From: an uncultured Verrucomicrobiae bacterium
GTDB taxonomy: Bacteria > Chlamydiota > Chlamydiia > Chlamydiales > Rhabdochlamydiaceae
Reading direction: 5' to 3'
DNA length: 64,000 nt
Assembly: GCA_963718565.1 (NCBI GenBank)
Contig: OY970364.1
Coordinates: 256,001 to 320,000, forward strand
This document shows positions 37,477 through 47,571 of the stretch, piece by piece. The position numbers and the translations under genes were made by a program. Below the pieces are notes generated by a model. That model saw only the letters and a list, made by a program, of their open reading frames with translations, had not been told where the DNA came from and searched no databases. The stretch's first letter is position 1, and each line of letters begins with the position of its first letter.

Positions 37477-38361
37477 ATGATTAAACGCAGTTTTGGGACT
37501 CATGATGGATCTTTCCATGCTGACGAAGTGACGGCGTGCGCCCTATTGTTCGTGTTTGGAAAAATCGATAAAGATAAGATTGTGCGCTCCCGCGATCTCA
37601 AAGTCTTGGCAGAATGCGAATATGTGTGCGATGTCGGAGGAATCTACGATCCCAAACAAAAGCGTTTTGATCATCATCAATCTGAATATACCGGAGATTT
37701 AAGTAGTGCAGGCATGGTCTGGCTCTATTTAAAGGATCAGAAGATTGTCGACGAAGCGACCTGCGATTTTTTTAACCGTTCATTAATCCTAGGCATTGAT
37801 GCCCATGACAATGGGCGTGTGACTCCAGAAATAGGTACGTGCACATTTTCCCAGGTAATCACAAATTTTGTCCCGCCGGCTTATGATGCGCCAAAAGAGG
37901 AGCAGACGAAAGCTTTTTTTGAAGCATTGGATTTTGTCATAGAGCACTTGAGACGGCTGAAAGAGCGATTTGAATATATTCAAGCCTGTCGTGAAAAAGT
38001 TGTAGAGAGTATGAAGAAAAAAGAAAAGTTTCTCTTTTTTGAAGAGGCGATGCCGTGGATGGAGTGCTTTTTCGAATTGGGCGGAGAAACTCATCCCGCG
38101 CTTTTTGTTGTCATGCCTTCGAGCGGACATTGGAAATTGCGCGGGATTCCCCCCACGCTGGAAGAGCGAATGAAAGTACGTATTCCACTTCCGCAGGAAT
38201 GGGCGGGACTGCTCGACGACGATTTGAAACGAGCTTCTGGAATTCCGGGAGCAATTTTCTGCCATAAAGGCCGTTTCGTTTCTGTTTGGGAGACTAAAGA
38301 AGATGTGTTTAAAGCTTTAGAGTACGCATTAAGGATGCATCATGACAACAGTATTCGGTAA
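37477..38361 (+). CDS. MYG1 family (UPF0160) exonuclease
   Basis: THDGSFHADE, DVGG, FDHHQ, SSAG and FCHKGRF. Confidence 0.92.
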   Translation: MIKRSFGTHDGSFHADEVTACALLFVFGKIDKDKIVRSRDLKVLAECEYVCDVGGIYDPKQKRFDHHQSEYTGDLSSAGMVWLYLKDQKIVDEATCDFFNRSLILGIDAHDNGRVTPEIGTCTFSQVITNFVPPAYDAPKEEQTKAFFEALDFVIEHLRRLKERFEYIQACREKVVESMKKKEKFLFFEEAMPWMECFFELGGETHPALFVVMPSSGHWKLRGIPPTLEERMKVRIPLPQEWAGLLDDDLKRASGIPGAIFCHKGRFVSVWETKEDVFKALEYALRMHHDNSIR

Positions 38362-38677
38362 GATTATCAAAGGGGAGTTACCCTGTAAAAAAGTGTTCGA
38401 AAATGAGCGGATTTTGGCCATTGAAGATATTGCCCCTGTCGCACCTGTGCATATTCTCATCATGCCTAAGAAAGAAATCCCTAACTTACAAGCAGTACAG
38501 CCTGAAGATCTGCCTCTGATCGCAGAAATCGTGCAAATCACACAAAAACTTGCGGATGAATACAACCTCGAAGATGGATACCGATTTCTGACGAATAACG
38601 GCCCTGACGGAGGTCAGATGATTGACCATCTTCACTTTCATCTCATCGGGGGCCGCAGGCTTGCCCATCTTGGATAA
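38342..38677 (+). CDS. hinT: HIT family nucleotide-binding protein
   Basis: HLHFHLIGG histidine triad. Confidence 0.88.
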   Translation: MTTVFGKIIKGELPCKKVFENERILAIEDIAPVAPVHILIMPKKEIPNLQAVQPEDLPLIAEIVQITQKLADEYNLEDGYRFLTNNGPDGGQMIDHLHFHLIGGRRLAHLG

Positions 38678-38683
38678 GTAAGT

Positions 38684-40429
38684 ATGCGTTATCCTTTTTT
38701 ATTCACCGCCTTTTTTTCTTGTTTGGCAGGAACTGTTTTTGGGGCAATTTCAGAAGAAGAATACAAAAAACGCATCTATGCGCATTTGATGATCTCAGAT
38801 CGATTATCTGCGGTTCAGGAAGCAGAAAGAGCCATCCGCGATTATCCTGAATCCAAAAATGTCCAGCTCGCCTACATCCGGGCATTAAGTGAAAAAGGCG
38901 ATGAGACAGAAGCGATGGAGCGTTGGGTGGAGACAACCCTTAAGTTCGAAGAAGAAAAAAACAATCGACGTATGCTTGAGCTTTTAGCTTGGGGTGTGTT
39001 GAACAAAGGGGAATCTTCGGCGCAACTCAATATTCGCCTCAATTCGATGATTGGCGCTGCTGTGACGCGCGATGCTAAAGCAATTCCGATTCTCTTGGGA
39101 CAAATGCGTGCGACAAACGCTCTGTTACGCTCAATCGCTGTCAAACTCGCGACAACTTTTGGGGATGCACCTCTGAAAGATGAAATTGCGCGCATGCTCA
39201 AAGCCGAAAAAGTGTGGTATGTCAGATTAGATGTGATTCGAGCGGTTGGCGCCTTGCGTTTGCTAGAATTAAAAACAGATCTTAAAGAGATCATCGGAAA
39301 TCCTCGAACACTTGCAGAAGAGAAAGCCGCCGCCATTGTTTCGCTTGTAAGCATGTACGATTCTATCGATCGAACGGAACTGTTAAGCCTTGTGCAAAGC
39401 AATCGTGCTGGTTTGCGGCAATTAGCAGCCGAGGTGATTTCCCATCTCAATGTGCACGAAGATCTCGACCTACTCCTTCCGCTACTGCGCGATGCATCTC
39501 CAGACGTGCGGATCTCTGCTTTGAATGTTCTGGCGTTGATGCGCGTGCAAAAAATTGGATCTGCCAGTACCCTTGAGCTGCTTGAAGAAAATGTGCACAG
39601 CACTTCCCCTGAAGTGGCAATTACCGCTGCTTATGTGTGCCTTCTGCTGAACGAGAAAGAAGGCAGCCATCATTTAAGCCAATGGCTGAAATCGGAAAAC
39701 GCGGAATGGCGGCGTCTCTCTTCAGCTGCCCTGTCCTCTAGTGGAAAATATGGGCTTAAGCTCATTCTGAAAGAATTTAAAGAGACTCAAGACCCTTACG
39801 TAAAAATTAATCTAGCCATGGGACTAATCGGTCAGCGCATTCAAGTTAGCGCTGCTTGTGATGCTATCCACAAGATCCTCAGCCAAGAAAAGAACACCTT
39901 GTGGATGTGGGACTTGCACAGCAATCCTCTCTTTCGTTCCTTGGCGCCAAGCCGTGTGAAACATATCGAACATATTCCGCATTATCCTGCTGTCGTTGAT
40001 CAGCTTGTCAAGCTCGATTTATTGTCTGTTTTAAGCATTTTGCGCTACCCCCATGCCCAATCCGTTGTCAGAGAGTTTTTACAAGCGCGCACCTGGGGAG
40101 TTACAGGAGCGGCTGCAGCAACACTTTTGCAAGAAGGCGATGAAGAAGATCTTGCCGCAGTACGCGAACTGCTCAATGATCACGATGAGAAAATTCGCGT
40201 TCAAGCCGCGATGATTTTGGCAATTGTCGGCAGCGACCCTTCAGCTGTCAAAGTCCTGCAAGAGGCCTATCCTTACGTCGATCGTGAAATGAAAGTCCAC
40301 ATTCTCGAGGCTTTGGCGCATATCGGCGATCCCAGCTCCATTCCTTTTTTACTCAATATTTTAAAAGAACCTTTCCAAGTCTTGCGTGTTGTCTCAGCTT
40401 CTGCTTTAATCCAATGTTTATACCACTAA
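38684..40429 (+). CDS. HEAT-repeat protein with signal peptide
   Basis: Repeated L..D....VR..A helical motifs. Confidence 0.8.
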   Translation: MRYPFLFTAFFSCLAGTVFGAISEEEYKKRIYAHLMISDRLSAVQEAERAIRDYPESKNVQLAYIRALSEKGDETEAMERWVETTLKFEEEKNNRRMLELLAWGVLNKGESSAQLNIRLNSMIGAAVTRDAKAIPILLGQMRATNALLRSIAVKLATTFGDAPLKDEIARMLKAEKVWYVRLDVIRAVGALRLLELKTDLKEIIGNPRTLAEEKAAAIVSLVSMYDSIDRTELLSLVQSNRAGLRQLAAEVISHLNVHEDLDLLLPLLRDASPDVRISALNVLALMRVQKIGSASTLELLEENVHSTSPEVAITAAYVCLLLNEKEGSHHLSQWLKSENAEWRRLSSAALSSSGKYGLKLILKEFKETQDPYVKINLAMGLIGQRIQVSAACDAIHKILSQEKNTLWMWDLHSNPLFRSLAPSRVKHIEHIPHYPAVVDQLVKLDLLSVLSILRYPHAQSVVREFLQARTWGVTGAAAATLLQEGDEEDLAAVRELLNDHDEKIRVQAAMILAIVGSDPSAVKVLQEAYPYVDREMKVHILEALAHIGDPSSIPFLLNILKEPFQVLRVVSASALIQCLYH

Positions 40430-40443
40430 AGCTGGAGAAGGTA

Positions 40444-41634
40444 ATGGATTGGCCCGCGAGGATTAGCGATGCTCAAAAACATCTCATTGAAGAGAAGATC
40501 GATGGCTGGCTGCTTTATGATTTCAGTGGGAGCAACGCGCTTGCCCGCGATTTTTTAAATATTCCTCCTGAAGAGTTGACCACGCGTCGGTTTTTTTATT
40601 GGATTCCGGCAGAGGGGTTGCCGATCAAAATTCTGCATGTGATCGAACCTCATGTCATCAGCGAACTACCCGGAGAAGTTTTGACATACTTGAAATGGCA
40701 AGAACTGGAATCTCAACTTGGCAAAGTTCTCAAAGGTGCAAAAACTGTTGCGATGGAATTTTCTCCTCGCAATGCAATTCCATATCTTTCCAAAGTGGAT
40801 GCAGGAATGGTCGATCTCGTGCGCAGTTTTCAAGTCGAGGTCGTTTCTTCAGCTTCATTTTTGCAATATTACACATGCGTTCTTAACGAAGAACAATATC
40901 AATTGCACGTAGAAGCAGCTAACATGTTGGACCGAGTTGTTGCAGAAGCATGGGAAAAAATCGCCCATGCGCTCACTAAAGGTACTAAGATCAACGAATA
41001 TCAAGTCCAACAATTTATCGCGGAACAGCTTTCTACTCGCGGCTTTACGGCTGAAGCGTTTCCCATTGTCGGAGTGAATGCCCATAGTGCAGATCCCCAC
41101 TATGAGCCAATCAAAGAAAAATCGAGTGAGATTAAGAAAGGGGATTTTGTCCTGATTGATCTTTGGTGTAAGAAGAAGCATCCGAAAGCAATTTATGCAG
41201 ATATTTGTCGAGTGGCCGTTGCAGATACTCAACCCACTGAAAAACAAAAAGAGATTTTCTCGATTGTACGTACTGCGCAAAAAGCAGCGACAGAGTTTGT
41301 GGCCAGCCGTTATGCAAAAAAAGAGAGCATCCGAGGGTGCGAAGTCGACCAAGTCAGCCGTAAAATCATCGAAGAGAAAGGTTATGGAAAATACTTCACT
41401 CATCGCACGGGACACAATATCTACACTAAGGACCATGGGCCTGGAGCACATATCGATAGTCTTGAAACTCAGGACGTAAGGGAATTAATCCCTCGCACTT
41501 GCTTCTCCATTGAACCCGGGATTTACCTTCCTGGGGATTTTGGCGTGCGCTTAGAATATGATGTTTTTCTAGGAGATCAAGGAAAAATTCATATCAACGG
41601 CGGCTTTCAAGACGAGATTTTAGCTCTATTATAG
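40444..41634 (+). CDS. Xaa-Pro aminopeptidase (M24 family)
   Basis: DPHY, LIDLW, ADICR, HRTGH, SIEPGIY and GVRLE. Confidence 0.9.
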   Translation: MDWPARISDAQKHLIEEKIDGWLLYDFSGSNALARDFLNIPPEELTTRRFFYWIPAEGLPIKILHVIEPHVISELPGEVLTYLKWQELESQLGKVLKGAKTVAMEFSPRNAIPYLSKVDAGMVDLVRSFQVEVVSSASFLQYYTCVLNEEQYQLHVEAANMLDRVVAEAWEKIAHALTKGTKINEYQVQQFIAEQLSTRGFTAEAFPIVGVNAHSADPHYEPIKEKSSEIKKGDFVLIDLWCKKKHPKAIYADICRVAVADTQPTEKQKEIFSIVRTAQKAATEFVASRYAKKESIRGCEVDQVSRKIIEEKGYGKYFTHRTGHNIYTKDHGPGAHIDSLETQDVRELIPRTCFSIEPGIYLPGDFGVRLEYDVFLGDQGKIHINGGFQDEILALL

Positions 41635-43065
41635 GAAGTCTTGACTCTCCACTGAGAAAATTTGTACGTCCTCAAAAACCTATGGCAAGCACTGAATGTC
41701 ATTTGGATCCATGCCAGGCTTTGCATTTATCGATCTCAATCAGGCATGGATCCAAATGACATTCAGTGCTTGCCACAGGTCTCCGAGGAAGTATGAATTG
41801 AGCGGCTTGTAAAGCCAGAACAAAACGCCCAAACCCATTAATAAAACTTTCGCTTGATAACAGAGCGCCCTATATTTAGACTGCTATGGCATGAACTCAA
41901 ACAAATGCCTTTCTAAGATCCCTTCAGAACTGCACGCTGTTCCTTGGCTTCAGACAATCGTCGTCCTTGTTCAGGAGCAGAGCGAGGAAATAGTCTCTTT
42001 GAAGAAGACAGTGCAAGAACTCAAAGATGAAATCACACGTCTAACAAAAACGCCTAAAAGACCTAAATTCAGGCCAGGAGGAGGAAACCCCAAGGCGAGG
42101 AGCGGAGCTCCTGGTAATAATACTGGTAGGATCAACTCGACTACTGCAAGAGGAATGGTTCCACAGAAAGTACAACAGGAAGTGCGCATTGTAGCCGCAG
42201 GAATCCCAAAAGGATCTCGCTTTAAGGGCTACCAGACCTATGTCGTTCAAGAACTAGAGACTGTACCTAAGGACATAACCTGTAAGCTCGAGGTCTGGCA
42301 ATCTCCCGATGGTAGTATAGTACGTGCATCTCTGCCCCCAGAAGTTCAAGGATCCCACTTTGGTCATCAATTGCGCGCTCTTGCTCACAATCTCTACGCT
42401 CTTGGGATGACAGAACCGGGGTTTTTTGACCTTCTAAGAGGAACTGGAATCGAAATTTCTGAAGGGCAAGTTCACAACATTCTCATCAATGAATCCGACG
42501 CATACCACCAAGAGAGCGAAAAAATCTTAACCGCTGGGCTTAAAGAAGCTCCCTACATCCGAACAGATGATACTGGTGAAAAGCATCAACACAAAAATGT
42601 ATATTGCACGCATATAGGAGGTGAGTATTTTGCTTATTACACAACAGCCTCCAGCAAATCACGGAAAAACTTCCTGAGAATTTTACTCCAAGGTAAAGAG
42701 GGTTATGCGATCAATGAAGCATTCATATGGCATCTCTTCCAATGTGGCGTTAAGGATGATTGGCTCAACCGGCTTGAAGAACATATGGGGAAAAAGTACC
42801 AAAAAAAGAAGGGGCTTAACCAACTGCTGAATAGCTTAAGGATTGAAGGCAAACAGCTGCGGCAGCAATGCATTGAAGCGGGATTGGTTGGTTTTATCAG
42901 CTTGGAAGCATGTTGGTAAGGCAGAGGTGCATGAACTATATGACCAACTGGTTGCAATGAAAAGCACAAGCCCAGTGCGCTGCCCCCCAAAAACTGGACA
43001 CTGGAATAAGAAATTAAATCGAGTGTAAAGTTTTTCTCTAAAAAAACAAAAAGGAGAAAAACATT

Positions 43066-43353
43066 ATGGCTAAACGAATCTCGCACCAAGCCAGTTTTAA
43101 AGGCAGGGTAGCGCTTGAGGCATTAAAGGAAGACAAGACACTATCAGACTTGGCCCAACAATTCAAAATACATCCAGCACAAATCACCAAATGGAAAAGT
43201 CAAGCAGTTCAAGGCATCTCGCGGCTGTTTGAAGATAGGCGTAAAAAAAAATCGGCCCCAGATATAGACATTGAGGCGCTTTATGCCCAAATAGGCAGGC
43301 TTCAGTCTCAGCTCGAATTTTTGAAAAAAAAAACCGGGGTTGACAACTCTTGA
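43066..43353 (+). CDS. IS3 OrfA (HTH)
   Basis: FKGRVALEAL..TLSDLAQQFKIHPAQITKWK; ends in an A-run slippery site (LKKK). Confidence 0.88.
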   Translation: MAKRISHQASFKGRVALEALKEDKTLSDLAQQFKIHPAQITKWKSQAVQGISRLFEDRRKKKSAPDIDIEALYAQIGRLQSQLEFLKKKTGVDNS

Positions 43354-44227
43354 GAAACGCAGGTTGATTGAACCTGAACATCCCATGTTATCTGTCGAGG
43401 CTCAATGTGAAGCGTTGGGCCTCCCTCGATCTAGTTATTACTATGCTCCTATAGTAGAGTCAGAGGAAACCCTTGCTCTTATGCAGAAAATAGAAGAATT
43501 GCATTATGCGCAACCCGAATATGGTTATAGAAAAATACATGCCGATTTAAGGCGTGAGGGATTTAACGTGAATGAAAAAAGGATTGAGAGGTTATGGAGA
43601 AAAATGGGGTTTTTATCTGTTCTTCCCAGAAAAAACCTCAGCAAACCCTCCGCATCACACCCGCACTATCCCTATTTATTAAATGGTTTGTGGATTGGAA
43701 CTCCTAACCAGGTTTTCAGTGCCGATATAACATTTCTCCCATTGGCTAACGGTTTTGTCTATCTGATTACAGTGACCGATTGGTTTAGCAGATACGTGCT
43801 TGCTCAGGAGCTCTCGAACACTATAACTGTGGATTTTTGTCTTGCAGCACTAGAAATAGCCTTACAGAAAACGTGTCCAGAATATTTTAACACGGATCAA
43901 GGGTCTCAATTTACAAGCACCGCGTTTCTAGAATTATTGCGGCAACGGGGTATCAAGATCAGCATGGACGGCAAGGGCAGGTGCATTGACAACGTCTATC
44001 AAGAGAGAGGTTGGTGGTCTCTGAAATACGAAAAAATATATTTACATCGTTATGAAACAGTAAGAGCACTGCGTGCTGGGGTTGATGAGTATATCGAGCA
44101 TTTCAATTGCAGTAGACCGCATCAGGCCTTATTGTATGCGACACCCAATGAAATTTATCATGGAATCAAACCCAAATATTCAAAAGGAGAGTACAAAGGA
44201 TTCGAAGTCAAAAAAGCAAAAAAATGA
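43340..44227 (+). CDS. IS3 OrfB DDE transposase (probably fused to OrfA by -1 frameshift)
   Basis: YGYRKI, ADIT, NTDQGSQFTS, DNVYQER and RPHQAL. Confidence 0.9.
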   Translation: MTTLEKRRLIEPEHPMLSVEAQCEALGLPRSSYYYAPIVESEETLALMQKIEELHYAQPEYGYRKIHADLRREGFNVNEKRIERLWRKMGFLSVLPRKNLSKPSASHPHYPYLLNGLWIGTPNQVFSADITFLPLANGFVYLITVTDWFSRYVLAQELSNTITVDFCLAALEIALQKTCPEYFNTDQGSQFTSTAFLELLRQRGIKISMDGKGRCIDNVYQERGWWSLKYEKIYLHRYETVRALRAGVDEYIEHFNCSRPHQALLYATPNEIYHGIKPKYSKGEYKGFEVKKAKK

Positions 44228-45331
44228 AAGTTGAAAATCCAAGAACGTTTGTGTACGTATATGCCAAGCATTCCGAGGGCTTTTCAAGAAGCCTGTCCGG
44301 CTTATTTGGGAAAGGCTTGTCGGGGGACTACCGTCCCCCCTGCTCCCGCCTTCGGCGGATGGGGCCCCTACCCCATCCACCTCAGTTTGGGCATTATAAG
44401 GTCTGTTTTTCAGAATAAGAGGAGGGTCGGGGCTTCGCCCCCGCACCCCCGAAAACAGGAAAGTTCTCACTGGAGAAAAAAGAAGAAAAGAAAAAAAGAG
44501 ATTGTAGGAAATATAACCTTAGAATAATATGCAGCGAATATGAGCTGCAGAATGGCTTATAGAGAAAGACTTAACACAGAGAGTTACTTATTCCCCTCGA
44601 TTTTCTGTCCAACTTTTTGTCGGCAGCGCACAGGGATTAATGAAGTCATTGCTTCATTTTCCAAATACCGCGAAGAAATGCTAAAAGCGCTTGATCATCC
44701 CGGCCTTCCCCTGCACAATAATGACAGTGAGCAAGATATCCGAGGTGTGGCTAAACGAAGAAATATCTCTGGCACTACCAAAAGCGTAGAGGGCAGACAA
44801 TTTCGAGACGGCCTATTGACGCTCAAGCAGACATGCGCCAGACTTGGCGTGAGCTTTTGGGAGTATTTGAGTCGGTGGTTTCGAGGGGATCCGATCGATT
44901 TAGCACAATTTGTTCATGAGCGTTATCAAACAGCCTCTCCGGCCACACCTTAACTGGTAGCACGTACATTAACTTCCTTGAAGACTCTGGCAAAAGTTGA
45001 AGACCATTTCGATCCGTGCCCAATCAAGATCGATAAGTGGTAAGTTTGGCATGGATCAAAATGGTCTTCAACTTTTGCCATGAGTTTTTAAGGACGTACG
45101 AAAATTTAGTCTAATGACATTAAGTTGCTATGTGACTCATTCTCAGTTTCTTAAGTCTAAAATCAATCTCTAAGATAAAGATTTTCAGCAGCTTAGCTTT
45201 TTAGACCTAATTATCGAAGTATTAAGTTTTTAAAAAAACTTTTAAAAAGCTTTAAAAAAAATTTACACAAACTCTCATGCATTGTATAATAAAGTTATTG
45301 AAGGTTAATAAAATTATTTTTTGGAGAAATT

Positions 45332-45760
45332 ATGGCAGTAGGCGGATTAGACAAAAGTTATTGGAGTGCTCACGAGTCAGGAAAAAGTGCATCAGCTTCT
45401 GAAGGCACAGCAAACACTGAAGGCACAGCAAACACTAGGGTTCGCACAGCAAACACTAGGGTTCGCACAGCAAACACTAGGGTTCGCACAGCAAACACTA
45501 GGGTTCGCACAGCAAACACTAGGGTTCGCACAGCAAACACTAGGGTTCCCCCAGTAGACAAAACTGCGGGAAAAGTAAGCTCACTTGCCAAGTGCATTTT
45601 TCAGATTATACTTGCGTCTATGGGTGGTGCCCTGGCCGGCTTGATCGTAGGTACTCTAGCTGGTCCGGGAATTGGGACAATTATAGGAGGGGTCACAGGA
45701 GGTGTACTAGCAGGAATAGCTGCTGCTACTGCTTTTAAATATGGTAAATGCTCTTGGTAG
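45332..45760 (+). CDS. Small membrane protein with tandem peptide repeats and glycine-zipper hairpin
   Basis: GGAG RBS; (RVRTANT)n repeats; C-terminal GGALAGLIVG..GTIIGGVTGG. Confidence 0.65.
   Translation: MAVGGLDKSYWSAHESGKSASASEGTANTEGTANTRVRTANTRVRTANTRVRTANTRVRTANTRVRTANTRVPPVDKTAGKVSSLAKCIFQIILASMGGALAGLIVGTLAGPGIGTIIGGVTGGVLAGIAAATAFKYGKCSW
45399..45548 (+). repeat. Coding tandem repeat: 18-bp units followed by about six 21-bp units
   Basis: GCACAGCAAACACTAGGGTTC repeated head-to-tail without spacers. Confidence 0.9.
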
Positions 45761-46122
45761 TTGATCACGTGTCGTTTTTTTTTATTGGATTCCGGCAAAG
45801 GGGCTCTGACTTCGATATTTTTTGCCTTTAACTCCTTAAAAGATCAACAATCCTCTTTTTTCTAGGTGCCACACTTTCGTGATGTAGCCATCTCTTTTTA
45901 CGTTAAAGATCCTATAGATACGTCTGGCCTCCATCGACATCTTGAACGGTATAGTAGTCAGTACCTAACATTCTGTATCCTAACGATAAAGCTATCCTAT
46001 AAGCAGCATAAAGCATTAATTATAAGAAACTTAGTTATGTTTTTAAATTAAAGCCTTTTATATATATAAATATTGTCATATTTTATATAATTAAAGTTAT
46101 AGAAACAGTATTTGGAGGGGTT

Positions 46123-46530
46123 ATGACAGGCTTAACAGGCATAGTAAGCGATGGGGGTGAAAAGGGTGCATGCAATCGCGCTTTGGCCAATGTCGTAGAA
46201 AAAGGCAAAAAAATAAACACATCAGAAAAGGAAAACAAGACACGGGAAAAAATAGAAAAAGTTAAAACCATTGCTTTGCAAGGATTTGTGGCAACTCTAA
46301 TTGTGGGAGGATGCGGCGCTATTGGCGCTGCTCTAGGTTCCGCAGTGCCCATCGTAGGAACGATTGGAGGAGCAGGTATAGGAGTAGCTTTGGGTATAGC
46401 CCTTTGTGTATACTTAAAAACAGCTAAATTTCCCCAGCCCCAGCCCCAGCCAACAAGTTCCCCAGTCCAAGCCCGCAAGTTAGAGTTAGATCATCTTGGC
46501 CGACTTAAACCTGGGACCGAGACCACATAG
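46123..46530 (+). CDS. Small glycine-zipper membrane protein (Inc-like)
   Basis: GGAGG RBS; hydrophobic hairpin of about 45 aa; PQPQPQP tail. Confidence 0.6.
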   Translation: MTGLTGIVSDGGEKGACNRALANVVEKGKKINTSEKENKTREKIEKVKTIALQGFVATLIVGGCGAIGAALGSAVPIVGTIGGAGIGVALGIALCVYLKTAKFPQPQPQPTSSPVQARKLELDHLGRLKPGTETT

Positions 46531-46559
46531 CACCCACTTGATGCCCCCCATCCCACTTT

Positions 46560-47423
46560 TTAAGCATCCATAGCTGCGACGAGTCGCATCGCAAGATCGG
46601 TAGTTGTCATCCTTTTGGCCTCGTCGGAGGAGATTGTGGGCGTCCGTCCATTCTTGAAAGTAAACAAATCATTAACAGAAATGGCGTTCACAGCATTGCC
46701 AATGACGCGTTCTTGGCCAGAAATTGCGGTAATGCTGCCGAGATCTTCCAATGTTCCGATGTGCGCAGGCCGCCTAATCACCGCCTGGACAAAGGCGTTT
46801 TTGAGTTTTCCTTCTAAGGCCCTTTGTTCGATTTCAAGAGCTTCGCAACGCAAATCATAGATCTCGTTTTTACTGTCCTCATAGTTTTCAGAAAAAAGCT
46901 TTGTAGCTTCGTTGAGTTTTGTCCGTTTTTTCTCTTCGAGTGTTTGGACGTAGTTTTCCCAGAAATTGTGTCTTGCGATGAGAGGTTTTAGCTGAGTGAG
47001 ATGGTTTGGATTTTGCATGCCTGGAATCATAAACCACTGAATCCCTTTTTGTTGCAGGGTCTGCTGAAGCTGCTCTGGGGTTGCAGAGGAGAGTTCCTGA
47101 AGATGTTTAGAAATTTCTTTCAATTGCTCTGCGCGCGCGGAAGCTTGGTCTGACCATTGTTCGAACAGATCATGGCCTTTTCGAACAAACTTTAAAAGAA
47201 AAGCGGAGCTCACTGCGACGACGGGAATATAGACTGGGGCAAAAGCTGTTGCGGTAGCAAGCCCTCCAATAGTGAGCACAGTAAAAGCGACATAGGTAGT
47301 GACAGCAGCCACTTGCCACTGATTGGATTTCCAATTCCAAGAGGAGAGGTTGCTCGGTTCGAGGTCTTCAATGCAATGTTGAAGATAAGTTTGCGAAGGT
47401 GCAGGGGTTGCAGAAACTGACAT
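46560..47423 (-). CDS. Inc-like protein, paralogue 1
   Basis: Ser/Thr/Pro-rich N-terminus, bilobed hydrophobic segment and coiled coil; similar along its length to 47572..48480. Confidence 0.65.
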   Translation of the reverse strand: MSVSATPAPSQTYLQHCIEDLEPSNLSSWNWKSNQWQVAAVTTYVAFTVLTIGGLATATAFAPVYIPVVAVSSAFLLKFVRKGHDLFEQWSDQASARAEQLKEISKHLQELSSATPEQLQQTLQQKGIQWFMIPGMQNPNHLTQLKPLIARHNFWENYVQTLEEKKRTKLNEATKLFSENYEDSKNEIYDLRCEALEIEQRALEGKLKNAFVQAVIRRPAHIGTLEDLGSITAISGQERVIGNAVNAISVNDLFTFKNGRTPTISSDEAKRMTTTDLAMRLVAAMDA

Positions 47424-47546
47424 ATATAAACCTCATAAATAAAAAGTTAGTTCATTATATATGATAAGAAACTAAAAAACAAACAAAGAGAGCGAATGTT
47501 AATGCTTTTATAATATATACCGAAATGAACTCAAAAATTTAGGAGA

Positions 47547-47568
47547 GTGTCTTCAAATTTGAAGACAC
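47547..47568. terminator. 22-bp palindrome downstream of paralogue 2 (terminator or operator)
   Basis: GTGTCTTCAAATTTGAAGACAC. Confidence 0.4.
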
Positions 47569-47571
47569 ACT

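Larger units (their letters stand above)
42976..44630 (+). mobile_element. IS3-family insertion sequence
   Basis: TG..CA inverted ends (TGCGCTGCC / GGCAGCGCA) with 3-bp duplication CAG (42973-42975, 44631-44633). Confidence 0.88.
41891..44953 (+). pseudogene. IS66-like transposase, internally deleted/frameshifted and split by IS3
   Basis: Coiled-coil N-terminus, SHFG, RTDDTGE and C-terminal PLHNNDSEQDIR. Removing the IS3 joins MKSTSP to GINEV; there is a frame break near 42900. Confidence 0.78.
41664..45099 (+). mobile_element. IS66-like element with long hairpin-forming terminal regions, carrying a nested IS3
   Basis: Ends GTACGTCCT / AGGACGTAC; 8-bp duplication GAAAATTT at 41656-41663 and 45100-45107. 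Confidence 0.8.

Noticed and set aside
38872..39603. Long antisense ORFs (also 61981-62985 and 50514-51239)
   Set aside because: Shadow frames of well-supported genes on the opposite strand.
44224..44527. Passenger genes in the IS3 tail
   Set aside because: Short overlapping ORFs without motifs; their composition is explained by the GC hairpins and A-runs.
45399..45548. Possible CRISPR array
   Set aside because: Units are head-to-tail with no unique spacers, lie in frame within an ORF, and no cas genes are nearby.
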